From Candidatus Nomurabacteria bacterium (GTDB lineage Bacteria; Patescibacteriota; Minisyncoccia; Phycocordibacterales; JAACPR01), in the NCBI GenBank assembly GCA_020632215.1, contig JACKFZ010000004.1:10708-74707 (forward strand): DNA of 64,000 bases, in the 5' to 3' direction. Shown here piece by piece: positions 38,057 to 47,645 of this stretch. The translations under genes and the position numbers were made by a program. Under the pieces are notes generated by a model that saw only the letters and a list, made by a program, of their open reading frames with translations, ran no database searches and was not told the DNA's origin. Each line of letters starts with the position of its first letter. Within the stretch, counting starts at the first letter, position 1.

Positions 38057-38755
38057 ATGAACCAAAATAAAGTCTTTATACCATTATCCATAGTAGTTGC
38101 AGGACTAATCGTTGCTGGTGCAGTCTTTTTTACAAAAGGAGATCAAGCCACTGCCCCAACTGTAGCTGACAACCAAGACCAAAAAGAAGTTTCTATTAAA
38201 CCTGTATCATCAGAAGATCATATTTTAGGAAATCCTGATGCGGATGTTTTGATAGTTGAATATTCCGATTTTGAATGTCCATACTGTGCAGATTTTCATC
38301 CAACAATGGAACAGATAATGAGTGACTATGGTGCTTCTGGAAAAGTTGCATGGGTTTTTAGACACTTTCCACTTGATCAGATTCATAAAAAAGCGAGAGC
38401 TGCTGCAGAAGCTAGTGAATGTGTTTCCGCACTTACAGACAAAGATAACTTCTGGAACTTTGGGAAAGAAGTATTTGAGAATCAGGAAGAATTACTATCC
38501 GCAGAAGGTCTAAAGAGTGTGGCACTATCACTAGGTGTAGATGAATCCTCTTATGATGAATGTGTTGCCAATAGGACATATCAAGAAGAAGTTGAAAATG
38601 ATTATCAAGATGGTCTACTAATTGCCCAGTCTGATCCAAACTTTGGAACCCCTTACAGCATTGTGATTTCAAAGACAGGAGTACAAGCTTCTATTGTTGG
38701 TGCTCAACCATACTCTCTCGTTAAGCAAATTATTGATACATTATTAGAAAATTAA
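38057..38755 (+). CDS. DsbA-family thiol:disulfide oxidoreductase (membrane-anchored)
   Basis: CPYC active site in a thioredoxin fold. N-terminal TM. Confidence 0.7.
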   Translation: MNQNKVFIPLSIVVAGLIVAGAVFFTKGDQATAPTVADNQDQKEVSIKPVSSEDHILGNPDADVLIVEYSDFECPYCADFHPTMEQIMSDYGASGKVAWVFRHFPLDQIHKKARAAAEASECVSALTDKDNFWNFGKEVFENQEELLSAEGLKSVALSLGVDESSYDECVANRTYQEEVENDYQDGLLIAQSDPNFGTPYSIVISKTGVQASIVGAQPYSLVKQIIDTLLEN

Positions 38756-38977
38756 TATAAAAAGTAAAATAGAATACCATACTTGATGAAGAAGAGGTTG
38801 TTTCTTGGTGGTCTGACGAGGATGTACCAAATCATCCTTTACTTAACGAATAATTCATTACTTAACAAATTAAATAGTGGCTTAAATTAAGAGTTTTTTA
38901 AAATTCATATAGATTTTAATACTCTTTATATAAAAGTTTAGAATGAATTTTTTAGAATATAAATAGGCGGTGACTGG

Positions 38978-39012
38978 AGCCCCACCCATACGGGTGGGCT
39001 TTTTTTATTTTA
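38978..39012 (+). terminator. Intrinsic terminator AGCCCCACCC-ATAC-GGGTGGGCT + TTTTTTATTTT
   Basis: Read directly. Two TAGAAT boxes lie 20-40 nt upstream. Confidence 0.6.
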
Positions 39013-39065
39013 AATTTTTTTTAATATTTACTTTAACTTCAATACACTTTATGTAAGATATAAGT

Positions 39066-42059
39066 TTATATATTCTTTTTCAACTGACAAAACTGACACT
39101 CTCTTTTACCACAACCTTTCTCTATAAATTCTCCACTTGTTACTTCTTTCGCCATTTGATTGATAGTTTCCTTGAGATTTTCTCTATCTTCTTCAGAAAC
39201 ATCCACATTATATGGTTCAAAATTACCTTTTTTATTTTTTTCCAAAAAATCTAACGTTGCTTTTTTGATATGCAATTTACCTTCTTTATACCCATCGAGT
39301 AATAAATGATAAAAAATAATTTGTCGTTTTAGTGCTTCTCTATCTTCTTTACCTTTATCTGAGTATGTTCTACCTGTTTTATAATCGACAATTTCGATAT
39401 CCCCTTCACCGTATTTATCTACAAAACAAATTTTATCTATAATTCCATGTAGAGTTATTTTCTCCTCATTATCTAGTATAAAATCTCTGGAAATATTTTC
39501 TTCATTAGAAATATTTATACTCCACTCTTTATTATACTGATCAAAATATTCTGATAATAATTCCTCTCCTCTTTTTTTGTACCTCTTGTACTCATTGCCG
39601 TACATAGATGAATTATCTATTTTTTCTTCAAATATTTTTATCAATTCTTCTTTAGATAAAATTTTCTCTGACTTTTTTGATTCATCAAAAAAACTTTCTA
39701 AACTTTTATGTATCAAGTCTCCGAATAATAGTGATGGTGTGTAATCACTAGGTAACCTAATTAGGTTTCTAAACAAATACCTAACGGGGCACTTCACATA
39801 ATTATTAAGCGCTGTAACACTCAGTTTGGATTCGAGGAATCTTTGTTTCAAATATTCCTTATTCCAGAAACTTTTTTCCTCTTCACTCTTTTTAATAAAC
39901 AGAAATAGCTTATCGAGATTATTTTCTTCAAATTTCTTAGTATCTGTAATTTTTAAGTTACCAAAGCCAACTTCAGCCAAAAATTGTGTTTTTTCTTGTT
40001 CTCTACCTTGCCAATCAGTCAGAGAAGAAGAAATATATAGGTGTTTTTTTGCTCTAGTCATAGCAACATAGAACAACCTTCGTTCATCGTTGACATCACC
40101 TTTGTAATCTTTAATTGGCAAAGTAATACTCGGTACCCCACGACGCTTTTCCCATTTTTTTCTTGTAGCATCAAAAATATACACGGCCTCAAACTCTAGT
40201 CCCTTTGATTTGTGGGCAGTCATTAATTTGACACCTTCCACTACCTCCGGATTATTAGTTTCAATATCAAGATTATATTTATCATATGCATCTACGAAGA
40301 CAACAAAATCCTGAAGCGAATATTCCTTTTTGTTCTGTGCTTGTTTCTTTATTTCATCAAAAAGTTTATCTATTTTTAGCAATTGATCTCTATTATCTTT
40401 AGCTTGCAGCATAAAATCCAAATATCCGATTTCATTTAGAAAATCTTTGAAAAATGCAGTAAAAGTACTATTCTCTGACTTCTTTTTTAAATCCTTTAGT
40501 TTTTTTATAAAGTCCACAATTAAATCTTTTTTCTGTAATTCAAGATCTTCAAGATGTTTTTTATTTGAAATAACCTCAAACAAAGAAATATTACTTTTTC
40601 TGGATATGAGATTATATTTTTTCAAAATCGAGACGACATCATAACTATCGAAGTCTAGAAAATCTACAAACAAACTTTTTGCTAAGCTATGACTATCATT
40701 AAAATTACTTATGGTTTTTAGTAAATAAATTAAATTTAAAATATTTTTGTCATCCAATAACTTATCTTTTGAAATAATGGTGTGTGGAATAGAAAGTAAA
40801 TTGAATATATTTTTTATATCCAAAACATCGCTATTTGACCTATATATAACAGCTATTTCAGCAGGATTAAGACCTTTTTTTATCTGATCTTTTATACTCT
40901 GAGAAAGCCAGAGTAATTCAAATTTATAATTAGAAAACTCTTGATATTCTATCTTTCTATTGAAATCTATGTTTGATTCAAGCTCCACAGTCTCAGGGAC
41001 AGAGTTCAGGATCAATTCTCGAGAAGAATTAAGAATATCTTTTGTTGATCTATAGTTTTGGTCTAGATTTATTATTTCAACATCTTTATATATTTTCTGA
41101 AAATGAGAAAAAGTTTCTGAGCTTGCACCTTGAAAACGATAGATAGATTGCTTCTCATCTCCAACAGTAAAAATATTTGGATGACCATCCAAATGCGGTG
41201 CATCGGTTAAATATTCGATAATCTGATTTTGACCATCGTTTGTGTCTTGATGTTCATCAACCATTAAATATTGATATTTCTCTTGTAAATCAAGCTTTAA
41301 ATTTTCATTTTGCTTTAATTCTTTTAAAACATACAAGATCATATCGCTAAAATCATATAAACCTCTTCTTTCAATCTCTTTTTGATATTCTTCAAAAACA
41401 ACTTGAACCTCTTTGACTTTTGCGATTATTTTTTCTATTTTCTTCTCTTCAGTCGGCTTTATATCACCAGCATTATGCTTTCCATATTTTTTCTTATAAT
41501 AAATGCTTTCATCACGTAACAAAGCATCTTTCCACTCTGGAATCATATTTTTGAGTTCCTCTGGACTAATTCCCTCTTGTTTTAAATCATCGATAGCTTT
41601 TTTAACATTACTTAATGAGCTAAAGACATCGTAATTAGAAACTATTTCCTCAAAGTCACCGCCATCAATTATTTTTTCTAAAACCTGAACTTTTTCTAAG
41701 TCTGTAATAACATTCGCAAATTCTAGTTTCTTAAAATAAAAAGAGTGCTCTTTAATAATATTTTCTGCAAAAGAATGAAATGTAAAAATATTTACTCTAT
41801 AAGCACTGTCGCCGATGTATTCTAGTAGCTTTTTTCGCATCGCTACCACTCCTGAATTTGTAAATGTAAGCGCAAGAATGTTTTCAGGAGAAATATCTGT
41901 TTTTCTTAAAATATTTGTTATCCTTAAACCTAATATTGTAGTCTTCCCAGTTCCTGGCCCAGCCACCACCATCACTGGTCCTTCTATAGTGTCTACTGCC
42001 TCTTTTTGGGCTTTATTTAGAGTTTGATAGTAATTGTTAAATATCTTCTCATCATTCAT
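39066..42059 (-). CDS. UvrD/PcrA-type SF1 helicase fused to a C-terminal RecB/Cas4/AddB-like PD-(D/E)XK nuclease with Fe-S cysteines
   Basis: Helicase motifs GPGTGKT, VDEHQDTN, VGDEKQSIYRFQGA, KGLEFEAVYIF and VAMTRAK. Nuclease: GIIDKICFVDKYGEGDIEIVDYKTG, QIIFYHLL, and Cys at KCPVRY plus C-x4-C-x2-C at the C-terminus. Confidence 0.75.
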   Translation of the reverse strand: MNDEKIFNNYYQTLNKAQKEAVDTIEGPVMVVAGPGTGKTTILGLRITNILRKTDISPENILALTFTNSGVVAMRKKLLEYIGDSAYRVNIFTFHSFAENIIKEHSFYFKKLEFANVITDLEKVQVLEKIIDGGDFEEIVSNYDVFSSLSNVKKAIDDLKQEGISPEELKNMIPEWKDALLRDESIYYKKKYGKHNAGDIKPTEEKKIEKIIAKVKEVQVVFEEYQKEIERRGLYDFSDMILYVLKELKQNENLKLDLQEKYQYLMVDEHQDTNDGQNQIIEYLTDAPHLDGHPNIFTVGDEKQSIYRFQGASSETFSHFQKIYKDVEIINLDQNYRSTKDILNSSRELILNSVPETVELESNIDFNRKIEYQEFSNYKFELLWLSQSIKDQIKKGLNPAEIAVIYRSNSDVLDIKNIFNLLSIPHTIISKDKLLDDKNILNLIYLLKTISNFNDSHSLAKSLFVDFLDFDSYDVVSILKKYNLISRKSNISLFEVISNKKHLEDLELQKKDLIVDFIKKLKDLKKKSENSTFTAFFKDFLNEIGYLDFMLQAKDNRDQLLKIDKLFDEIKKQAQNKKEYSLQDFVVFVDAYDKYNLDIETNNPEVVEGVKLMTAHKSKGLEFEAVYIFDATRKKWEKRRGVPSITLPIKDYKGDVNDERRLFYVAMTRAKKHLYISSSLTDWQGREQEKTQFLAEVGFGNLKITDTKKFEENNLDKLFLFIKKSEEEKSFWNKEYLKQRFLESKLSVTALNNYVKCPVRYLFRNLIRLPSDYTPSLLFGDLIHKSLESFFDESKKSEKILSKEELIKIFEEKIDNSSMYGNEYKRYKKRGEELLSEYFDQYNKEWSINISNEENISRDFILDNEEKITLHGIIDKICFVDKYGEGDIEIVDYKTGRTYSDKGKEDREALKRQIIFYHLLLDGYKEGKLHIKKATLDFLEKNKKGNFEPYNVDVSEEDRENLKETINQMAKEVTSGEFIEKGCGKRECQFCQLKKNI

Positions 42060-42106
42060 GACGTAGCGATTATAACACGGGAAAACTTTTCTTTTTTATT
42101 AAAAGA

Positions 42107-45100
42107 ATGCACTGTATAATTGCCTTACATAATATGATTAAAAAACAGGGGTTTATTGGCGGTCAAATAGTTACTTTACTTTCTCTTGTTGTGCTTGGTC
42201 TTGGATCCTTAGTTTTGGTATCAGAAAAAAATATTGACGTTAATAATCTGGCTCAATCTTCAGATGTTTATGGATGTACTGTACCAGAAGCAGAGAACTA
42301 TGATTCAAGTGCTATTTTTGATGATGGAAGTTGTAAAGGTTGTACAAACCCAGATGCTGATAATTATGTAGGAGATGAATATGTAAGTCTAATTACTGAA
42401 GAAGGTTCATGTTTCAGAGAAGAAGAAGGCGGAGGCGGTGGTGGTGGAGATGAATCTCTTTCGGGATGTACTGATCCAAATGCAGATAACTATGACCCGA
42501 ACGCGGAAGAAGATGATGAAAGCTGTTCTTATTACCGAGGATGTCTTGATCCAAGCGCTAACAATTACAATGCTTCAGCAACACAAGATGATGGAAGTTG
42601 TACCTATGATGAACTAAGAGGTGGTTGTCTTTCACCTCATGCTTCTAATTATGATCCGACTGCAAATATTTCAGATGGAAGCTGTATTTATGATGATGAG
42701 GATGATGGAGGAGATAATGATACAGATCAAAATCAAGATGGATGTGCTCTTTGGGGTGACTGTGGAAACGATGGGCCTCATTATGGTTGTACAGACAGTC
42801 AAGCAAATAACTATGATTCAAACGCTGATTCTGATGATGGAACATGTCGATATGGAAGGGATAGTGATGTTTCAGGTTGTACAGATTTAGATGCTATAAA
42901 TTTTAATGAGAATGCTAACACTGACGATGGAACATGTAGGTATAGAAATGAAGGATGTACAGATTCTACAGCCCAAAACTATGAACCAAGTGCAGAATTA
43001 GATGATGGAAGTTGTACTTATAGACGTTATGGATGTACAGATTCAACCGCTACAAATTACAACAGTAGTGCTGATGCCGAAGATGGAAGTTGTACCTATG
43101 CACCAAATAATACACCTCCTAATACCCCTCCCAACACACCAATTACACCAGAAACTCCAAAAGATAAAGAAGGTTGTACAGACAGGTTTGCTAATAATTA
43201 TGATGCAGAGGCCACAGTAAGTGACGGAAGTTGTATTTACAAAGGTTGTACAGATAGTCGTGCAGAAAATTATGATGCTTTAAATAATGAAGATGACGGC
43301 AGTTGTACATATAGAGAAGAATATCAAGGGTGTACAGACGACGAAGCTTCTAATTTTGATCCAATTGCCTTAGAAGATGATGGAAGTTGTGAATATGATG
43401 ATGGACGAGTTTACGGATGTATGGATTCGAATGCTTTAAATTACAAACCATCTGCAACGCGTGATGATGGAAGTTGTGATTATTTTGCTTGTGACCCACA
43501 GCCACCGAAGAAAATGGTTTATGTGAGATTGACTAGGTATGCATATCCAGGTGATCCTACCGGCGGTGGTCATCTCGATACTAATAATAATAATTTGATA
43601 CCGAACTCTGTGGGTGGTGTTGGAAGTGCTGCAGCAGATACAAATATAATACCATCTGGTTCTATAATAGAAACTCCAGACGGTCTAACTCTAGTTAATC
43701 ATGACTATGGTCCAGATGTGAATTCTAAAGAGGCTACAAAAAGTAATTCTGCAATAGATGAAATTAAGAATATCTATGGAGGAGGTGTAAATCCAAAAGA
43801 TACAAAAGAGTTTGATTCTCCTGTTATAGATGTATATGATCCAAATAATGAGAACAAAGATAATACAAACAAATGGACTTGGGTTTGTGTTTCCCCTGGA
43901 AACGAGCCAACAAAAAATAATGGTTCTCCTAAAATAAGCAAGAACAATCTAAAAGATATTTTTGATAAAGCTAAGAAGTTATCAGATGAAAGAAAAGGCG
44001 AAACACCTCCATCTAAAGAAGATCCACCAAACGATCAACAACCACCACAAAATTCAACACCGCCAAATCTCGGGGATGATAATCTAGGGCGCGGTTCTGA
44101 TGGGCAAAATGTTTCAGATCTACAGAATTTTCTAAAAGAAAATGGTTATCTTGATCCCGATTCACCGAATGGACACTTTGGTCCACTGACAGAAGAAGCA
44201 GTCAAAGCCTTTCAAGCAGATCATGGCCTAACACCTGATGGTGTTGTTGGTCCTCAGACAAAAGATGCTATTTATAATCAATTCCAAAATACCCCTCCTG
44301 CTTCAGTTGCTCCAACTAACGCGCCAGGTTTTGCTGATAATAATGTTCAAAATAATTTCTTTGCCCCAAACAATTTGGCAGATTTGGGTAAAAATATTAT
44401 CAACACCTCTTTTAATGGGCTAAATAATTTTATAAATAATACTGTTTCATTCTTTGGAGACATCTTTGGAAAAAATAAAGATCCAAAAAACAAAGAAACT
44501 TCTATAACAAAAAAAGATCCGATACCATTCAAAGTAGACAATAAACCTATTTATGGATGTACAAGCCCTACTGCATGTAATTACAATCCAAAAGCAACAA
44601 CTGGATATGATTCATGTATTTTCTGTAATGTTATTGCTACAACCCTAATAGAAAAGAATTCCCCACCGCAAACAGAGGCTCCAACTGGAGAAGTTGCTAG
44701 TAATAAATTTTCTTTGGCTGACGTCAGAGAAGCTGTTGTAGAAAATAAAGAATCACTACAAAAAGAATTTGATGAAGAAATCAAACATCAAGAAGAACAA
44801 GCTAATTTGAACTTTGCAGAAAAAACACTCGGCAATCTTTTTAGTAAAAGATTTTGGAAATCTACATTAATACCAAACTCATGTAACCCTTACTTTACAA
44901 AAAATCTAGCTCCGGGAGATTTTGATTCTGAAGTGTCAGAAGTAATTGCTTTTATAAACACAACGGTTGGTAAAAATCTGGTAGAAACACCTGGCTATGA
45001 TGATAAAGTTGTAAGCGCAGTCAAAGAATTTCAACTTATGTTTTACGATCAAATACTTCTACCGAACAATCAAACTGAACCAAATGGTATTTGGGATGAC

Positions 45101-45550
45101 ATCACAAGAGCAACAGCCAATAATATTCTTGGTTGTACTGAAAAAGTAAAAACAGAAAGCTTAGGAAAAATAACCCCAACTATTACAGAAAAACCCTCTC
45201 CTGAAGCTGAAACGAAGGTTTCTGAAGAAATAAAAATATCATTTGAAGCTCCTATAAGAGAAGTAGTTGTAGAATGTCGAACTCAGCAAGGTGCACATAC
45301 TTACAAAAGTGCTGATCCAAGTTTTGTACAAAAGATAACATCAGGAGAAGTTAGTGCATGTTCGATTTATGATTCTGTTGTTAAAAAAGATACACCAAAA
45401 ACCACAAACAATTGTACTTCGGTCAATGTTTTATCAGCCCAAGGTTCTCTAGTAACAAAAGGTTGCGTAGAGACTTCTCAATCATCAACAAGTGCAAGTT
45501 TTGATAACAATTCAACAAAAAATAGCGTCTTCAACAGTATCTCATTTTAA
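42107..45550 (+). CDS. Large secreted/cell-surface repeat protein (1147 aa): N-terminal TM/signal, 13-14 tandem Cys-containing ~30-aa repeats, Pro-rich linker, peptidoglycan-binding (PG_binding_1-like) domain
   Basis: Repeat consensus GCTDxxAxNYdxxAxxDDGSCxY, read from the translation. PG-binding region SDLQNFLKENGYLDPDSPNGHFGPLTEEAVKAFQADHGLTPDGVVGPQT. The true start may be MIKKQGF at 42134. Confidence 0.7.
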   Translation: MHCIIALHNMIKKQGFIGGQIVTLLSLVVLGLGSLVLVSEKNIDVNNLAQSSDVYGCTVPEAENYDSSAIFDDGSCKGCTNPDADNYVGDEYVSLITEEGSCFREEEGGGGGGGDESLSGCTDPNADNYDPNAEEDDESCSYYRGCLDPSANNYNASATQDDGSCTYDELRGGCLSPHASNYDPTANISDGSCIYDDEDDGGDNDTDQNQDGCALWGDCGNDGPHYGCTDSQANNYDSNADSDDGTCRYGRDSDVSGCTDLDAINFNENANTDDGTCRYRNEGCTDSTAQNYEPSAELDDGSCTYRRYGCTDSTATNYNSSADAEDGSCTYAPNNTPPNTPPNTPITPETPKDKEGCTDRFANNYDAEATVSDGSCIYKGCTDSRAENYDALNNEDDGSCTYREEYQGCTDDEASNFDPIALEDDGSCEYDDGRVYGCMDSNALNYKPSATRDDGSCDYFACDPQPPKKMVYVRLTRYAYPGDPTGGGHLDTNNNNLIPNSVGGVGSAAADTNIIPSGSIIETPDGLTLVNHDYGPDVNSKEATKSNSAIDEIKNIYGGGVNPKDTKEFDSPVIDVYDPNNENKDNTNKWTWVCVSPGNEPTKNNGSPKISKNNLKDIFDKAKKLSDERKGETPPSKEDPPNDQQPPQNSTPPNLGDDNLGRGSDGQNVSDLQNFLKENGYLDPDSPNGHFGPLTEEAVKAFQADHGLTPDGVVGPQTKDAIYNQFQNTPPASVAPTNAPGFADNNVQNNFFAPNNLADLGKNIINTSFNGLNNFINNTVSFFGDIFGKNKDPKNKETSITKKDPIPFKVDNKPIYGCTSPTACNYNPKATTGYDSCIFCNVIATTLIEKNSPPQTEAPTGEVASNKFSLADVREAVVENKESLQKEFDEEIKHQEEQANLNFAEKTLGNLFSKRFWKSTLIPNSCNPYFTKNLAPGDFDSEVSEVIAFINTTVGKNLVETPGYDDKVVSAVKEFQLMFYDQILLPNNQTEPNGIWDDITRATANNILGCTEKVKTESLGKITPTITEKPSPEAETKVSEEIKISFEAPIREVVVECRTQQGAHTYKSADPSFVQKITSGEVSACSIYDSVVKKDTPKTTNNCTSVNVLSAQGSLVTKGCVETSQSSTSASFDNNSTKNSVFNSISF

Positions 45551-45569
45551 ATTTTAGAAAAAATAAATA

Positions 45570-45591
45570 CCGAGTCAGTCAAACCGCTCGG
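45570..45591. terminator. Bidirectional terminator hairpin CCGAG-(12 nt)-CTCGG flanked by A/T tracts
   Basis: Between convergent genes 42107..45550 (+) and 45609..46139 (-). Confidence 0.5.
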
Positions 45592-45608
45592 CACTTTTTC
45601 GATTTTTT

Positions 45609-46139
45609 TCATGGTTTTTTCCGCCGAACTTCAACCCAGGGGTGGCCGTAGGTTAGTTCGTTCTTCAGCTCAATGGTAAAGATCCATTTACTTGTGTCTT
45701 TCCATTGAGCAATTTGGATGTTGAAATCTTCAGGAGAGATTTCTTCGGGCGAGCCATTCATCCTTTTCAGGCCATAGGCTCTCCAGACGTCCTCAGGCTT
45801 CCCAAACGGACTAACCGACACTCTTGTATATATTGTAAAGAGGTTGGTCTTCTTCTGGTCACCCCTGGTCTCAGAAGGCCTCATGTTGGAGAAAAAGAGG
45901 AAGACATCTTCTATGTCTCCGACATTCTCGATACCAAACACGTAAGTGTGCCAAGTACCGAGAGTTCGTTGAGGTACATCCTCCAAAATTTCCTTGACCG
46001 GATTTTTTTCCGGCCAGCCCTCAAATTTTGCTTCGAGAGCTTTTTTGAGAACTTTCTCGTATTCGACATCTTGCGCCGAAGAAGAGAGGGGGCCAACAGA
46101 CAAAACAACAAAAATGAAAAGAGCGATAAAATTTTTCAT
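45609..46139 (-). CDS. Secreted hypothetical protein (176 aa), GC-richer than surroundings
   Basis: Signal peptide MKNFIALFIFVVLSVGPLSSSA. Own promoter at 46186-46214. Confidence 0.5.
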   Translation of the reverse strand: MKNFIALFIFVVLSVGPLSSSAQDVEYEKVLKKALEAKFEGWPEKNPVKEILEDVPQRTLGTWHTYVFGIENVGDIEDVFLFFSNMRPSETRGDQKKTNLFTIYTRVSVSPFGKPEDVWRAYGLKRMNGSPEEISPEDFNIQIAQWKDTSKWIFTIELKNELTYGHPWVEVRRKKP

Positions 46140-46185
46140 GTCTGAATTTTTTTTTGATTTGAGGTTTCAGTTTCAGTTCTGCTAT

Positions 46186-46214
46186 AATCTACAACTAAAT
46201 TAGTTGTGTGTCAA
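46186..46214 (-). promoter_or_regulatory. Sigma70-type promoter TTGACA-17 nt-TAGATT
   Basis: Read on the minus strand. About 45 nt upstream of ATG 46139. Confidence 0.55.
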
Positions 46215-46235
46215 TCATATTGTCATATGAATACA

Positions 46236-46260
46236 GTAAAAAAAAGAGGTTTTCACCTCC
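46236..46260 (-). terminator. Intrinsic terminator after rpoD
   Basis: Minus strand: GGAGGTGAAAACCTC + TTTTTTTTACTG. Confidence 0.65.
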
Positions 46261-46301
46261 CTTTATTTTTAGCCATATCTGAATTAAGCCTAAGACAATC
46301 T

Positions 46302-47618
46302 CTAGTAATTTTTCAGTCTTGCAGATTTTTGATGTTGTCTGATCTTTTCATGGGCCTTAGCTTCAATTTGTCGAATTCTTTCTCTTGTTACACCAAACTT
46401 CTTCCCTACTTCTTCCAATGTATGCTGTATTCCATCAGCTAGTCCGTGTCTCAATTCTAGAATTCTTCTTTCTTTGTCTGACAAATCGTCTAGAATTTCT
46501 CTAACTTGATCTTTCAAAATTCTTTGTGAAGCTTCTTGATCTGGTGACATAATTTTGTCATCAGCAAGAAAGTCTCCGAGTGTTGATTTTTCATCGTCAC
46601 CATCAGCTCCTACTGGACTTTCCAGAGAAACTGTACTCTGATCAATTTTTTCTATTTGATAAATTTTTTCAACATCTAGTCCCATTTCTGTTGCAATTTC
46701 TTCGGGCATCGGATCTCTACCCAAGTCTTGCGACAATCTTCTAAAAACTTGCTTGTATTTTGCAATAGTTTCTACCATATGTACTGGAACACGAATAGTT
46801 CTAGATTGATCAGCTAACGCACGAGTAATGGCTTGTCTAATCCACCATGTGGCATAAGTTGAAAACTTATATCCTTTAGTCCAATCAAATTTATCAACAG
46901 CCTTAAACAGACCAAGATTACCTTCTTGAATAAGGTCAAGTAATGTAAGATCAGGACTTCTTCCAACATATTTCTTTGCTATAGAAACAACCAATCTTAA
47001 GTTTGCTCTAGCTAGAAGTTTTTTCGCTTCTTCATCACCTTTTTCGATTCTTTTCGCTAATTCTTTTTCCTCCGCAGCTTGAATCAAAGGATACTGTCCA
47101 ATCTCTTTCAAATATATTTGAATAGAGTCGTACTGTGCACCAGACTTTGCACCAAAAGTGTATTTTTTAGAATCATCTTCTGCTTCGTCATTAATATCTA
47201 GCAATCCACCTCCTTCCAAGACATCTACACCTGCCTGACTAAAACGAGCATACATTTCATCCAAGAATAATAGGTCCTTTTCGATCAAAGGAAATTCCCG
47301 TAGAACTTCACTGTATGTGACATAACCTCTTTCCTTACCTTTGGTAATCAATCGGTTTGATTTTTTCTCCAGCTCTTGAGCTTTCTTCGATAAAGTTTTT
47401 TTTGTATTTTTTACTGAACTCTTAACAGTTTTTTTTGTAGATTTGGCAACTTTTTTTGTTTTTCCCTTATCTTTTTTAGGGGCAGTCTTTTTTGTGACTT
47501 TTTTTGTTTTAGTTGTCTTCTTGTTTGATTTTGGAGTTTTCTTTACTCCTTTTTTATTTGATATTTTTTTTGCCTGCCCCATTCTTTTCGGGGTACTCTT
47601 CTTTATTTTTTTCGCCAT
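46302..47618 (-). CDS. rpoD: RNA polymerase sigma factor RpoD with a ~90-aa lysine-rich N-terminal tail
   Basis: Regions 1.2-4 ([13 protein letters not shown], region 4.2 [22 protein letters not shown]). The N-terminal region is KKxxKK-rich and histone-H1-like. Confidence 0.9.
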   Translation of the reverse strand: MAKKIKKSTPKRMGQAKKISNKKGVKKTPKSNKKTTKTKKVTKKTAPKKDKGKTKKVAKSTKKTVKSSVKNTKKTLSKKAQELEKKSNRLITKGKERGYVTYSEVLREFPLIEKDLLFLDEMYARFSQAGVDVLEGGGLLDINDEAEDDSKKYTFGAKSGAQYDSIQIYLKEIGQYPLIQAAEEKELAKRIEKGDEEAKKLLARANLRLVVSIAKKYVGRSPDLTLLDLIQEGNLGLFKAVDKFDWTKGYKFSTYATWWIRQAITRALADQSRTIRVPVHMVETIAKYKQVFRRLSQDLGRDPMPEEIATEMGLDVEKIYQIEKIDQSTVSLESPVGADGDDEKSTLGDFLADDKIMSPDQEASQRILKDQVREILDDLSDKERRILELRHGLADGIQHTLEEVGKKFGVTRERIRQIEAKAHEKIRQHQKSARLKNY

Positions 47619-47645
47619 AAAATGGTATCGCTTACTATATAATAT

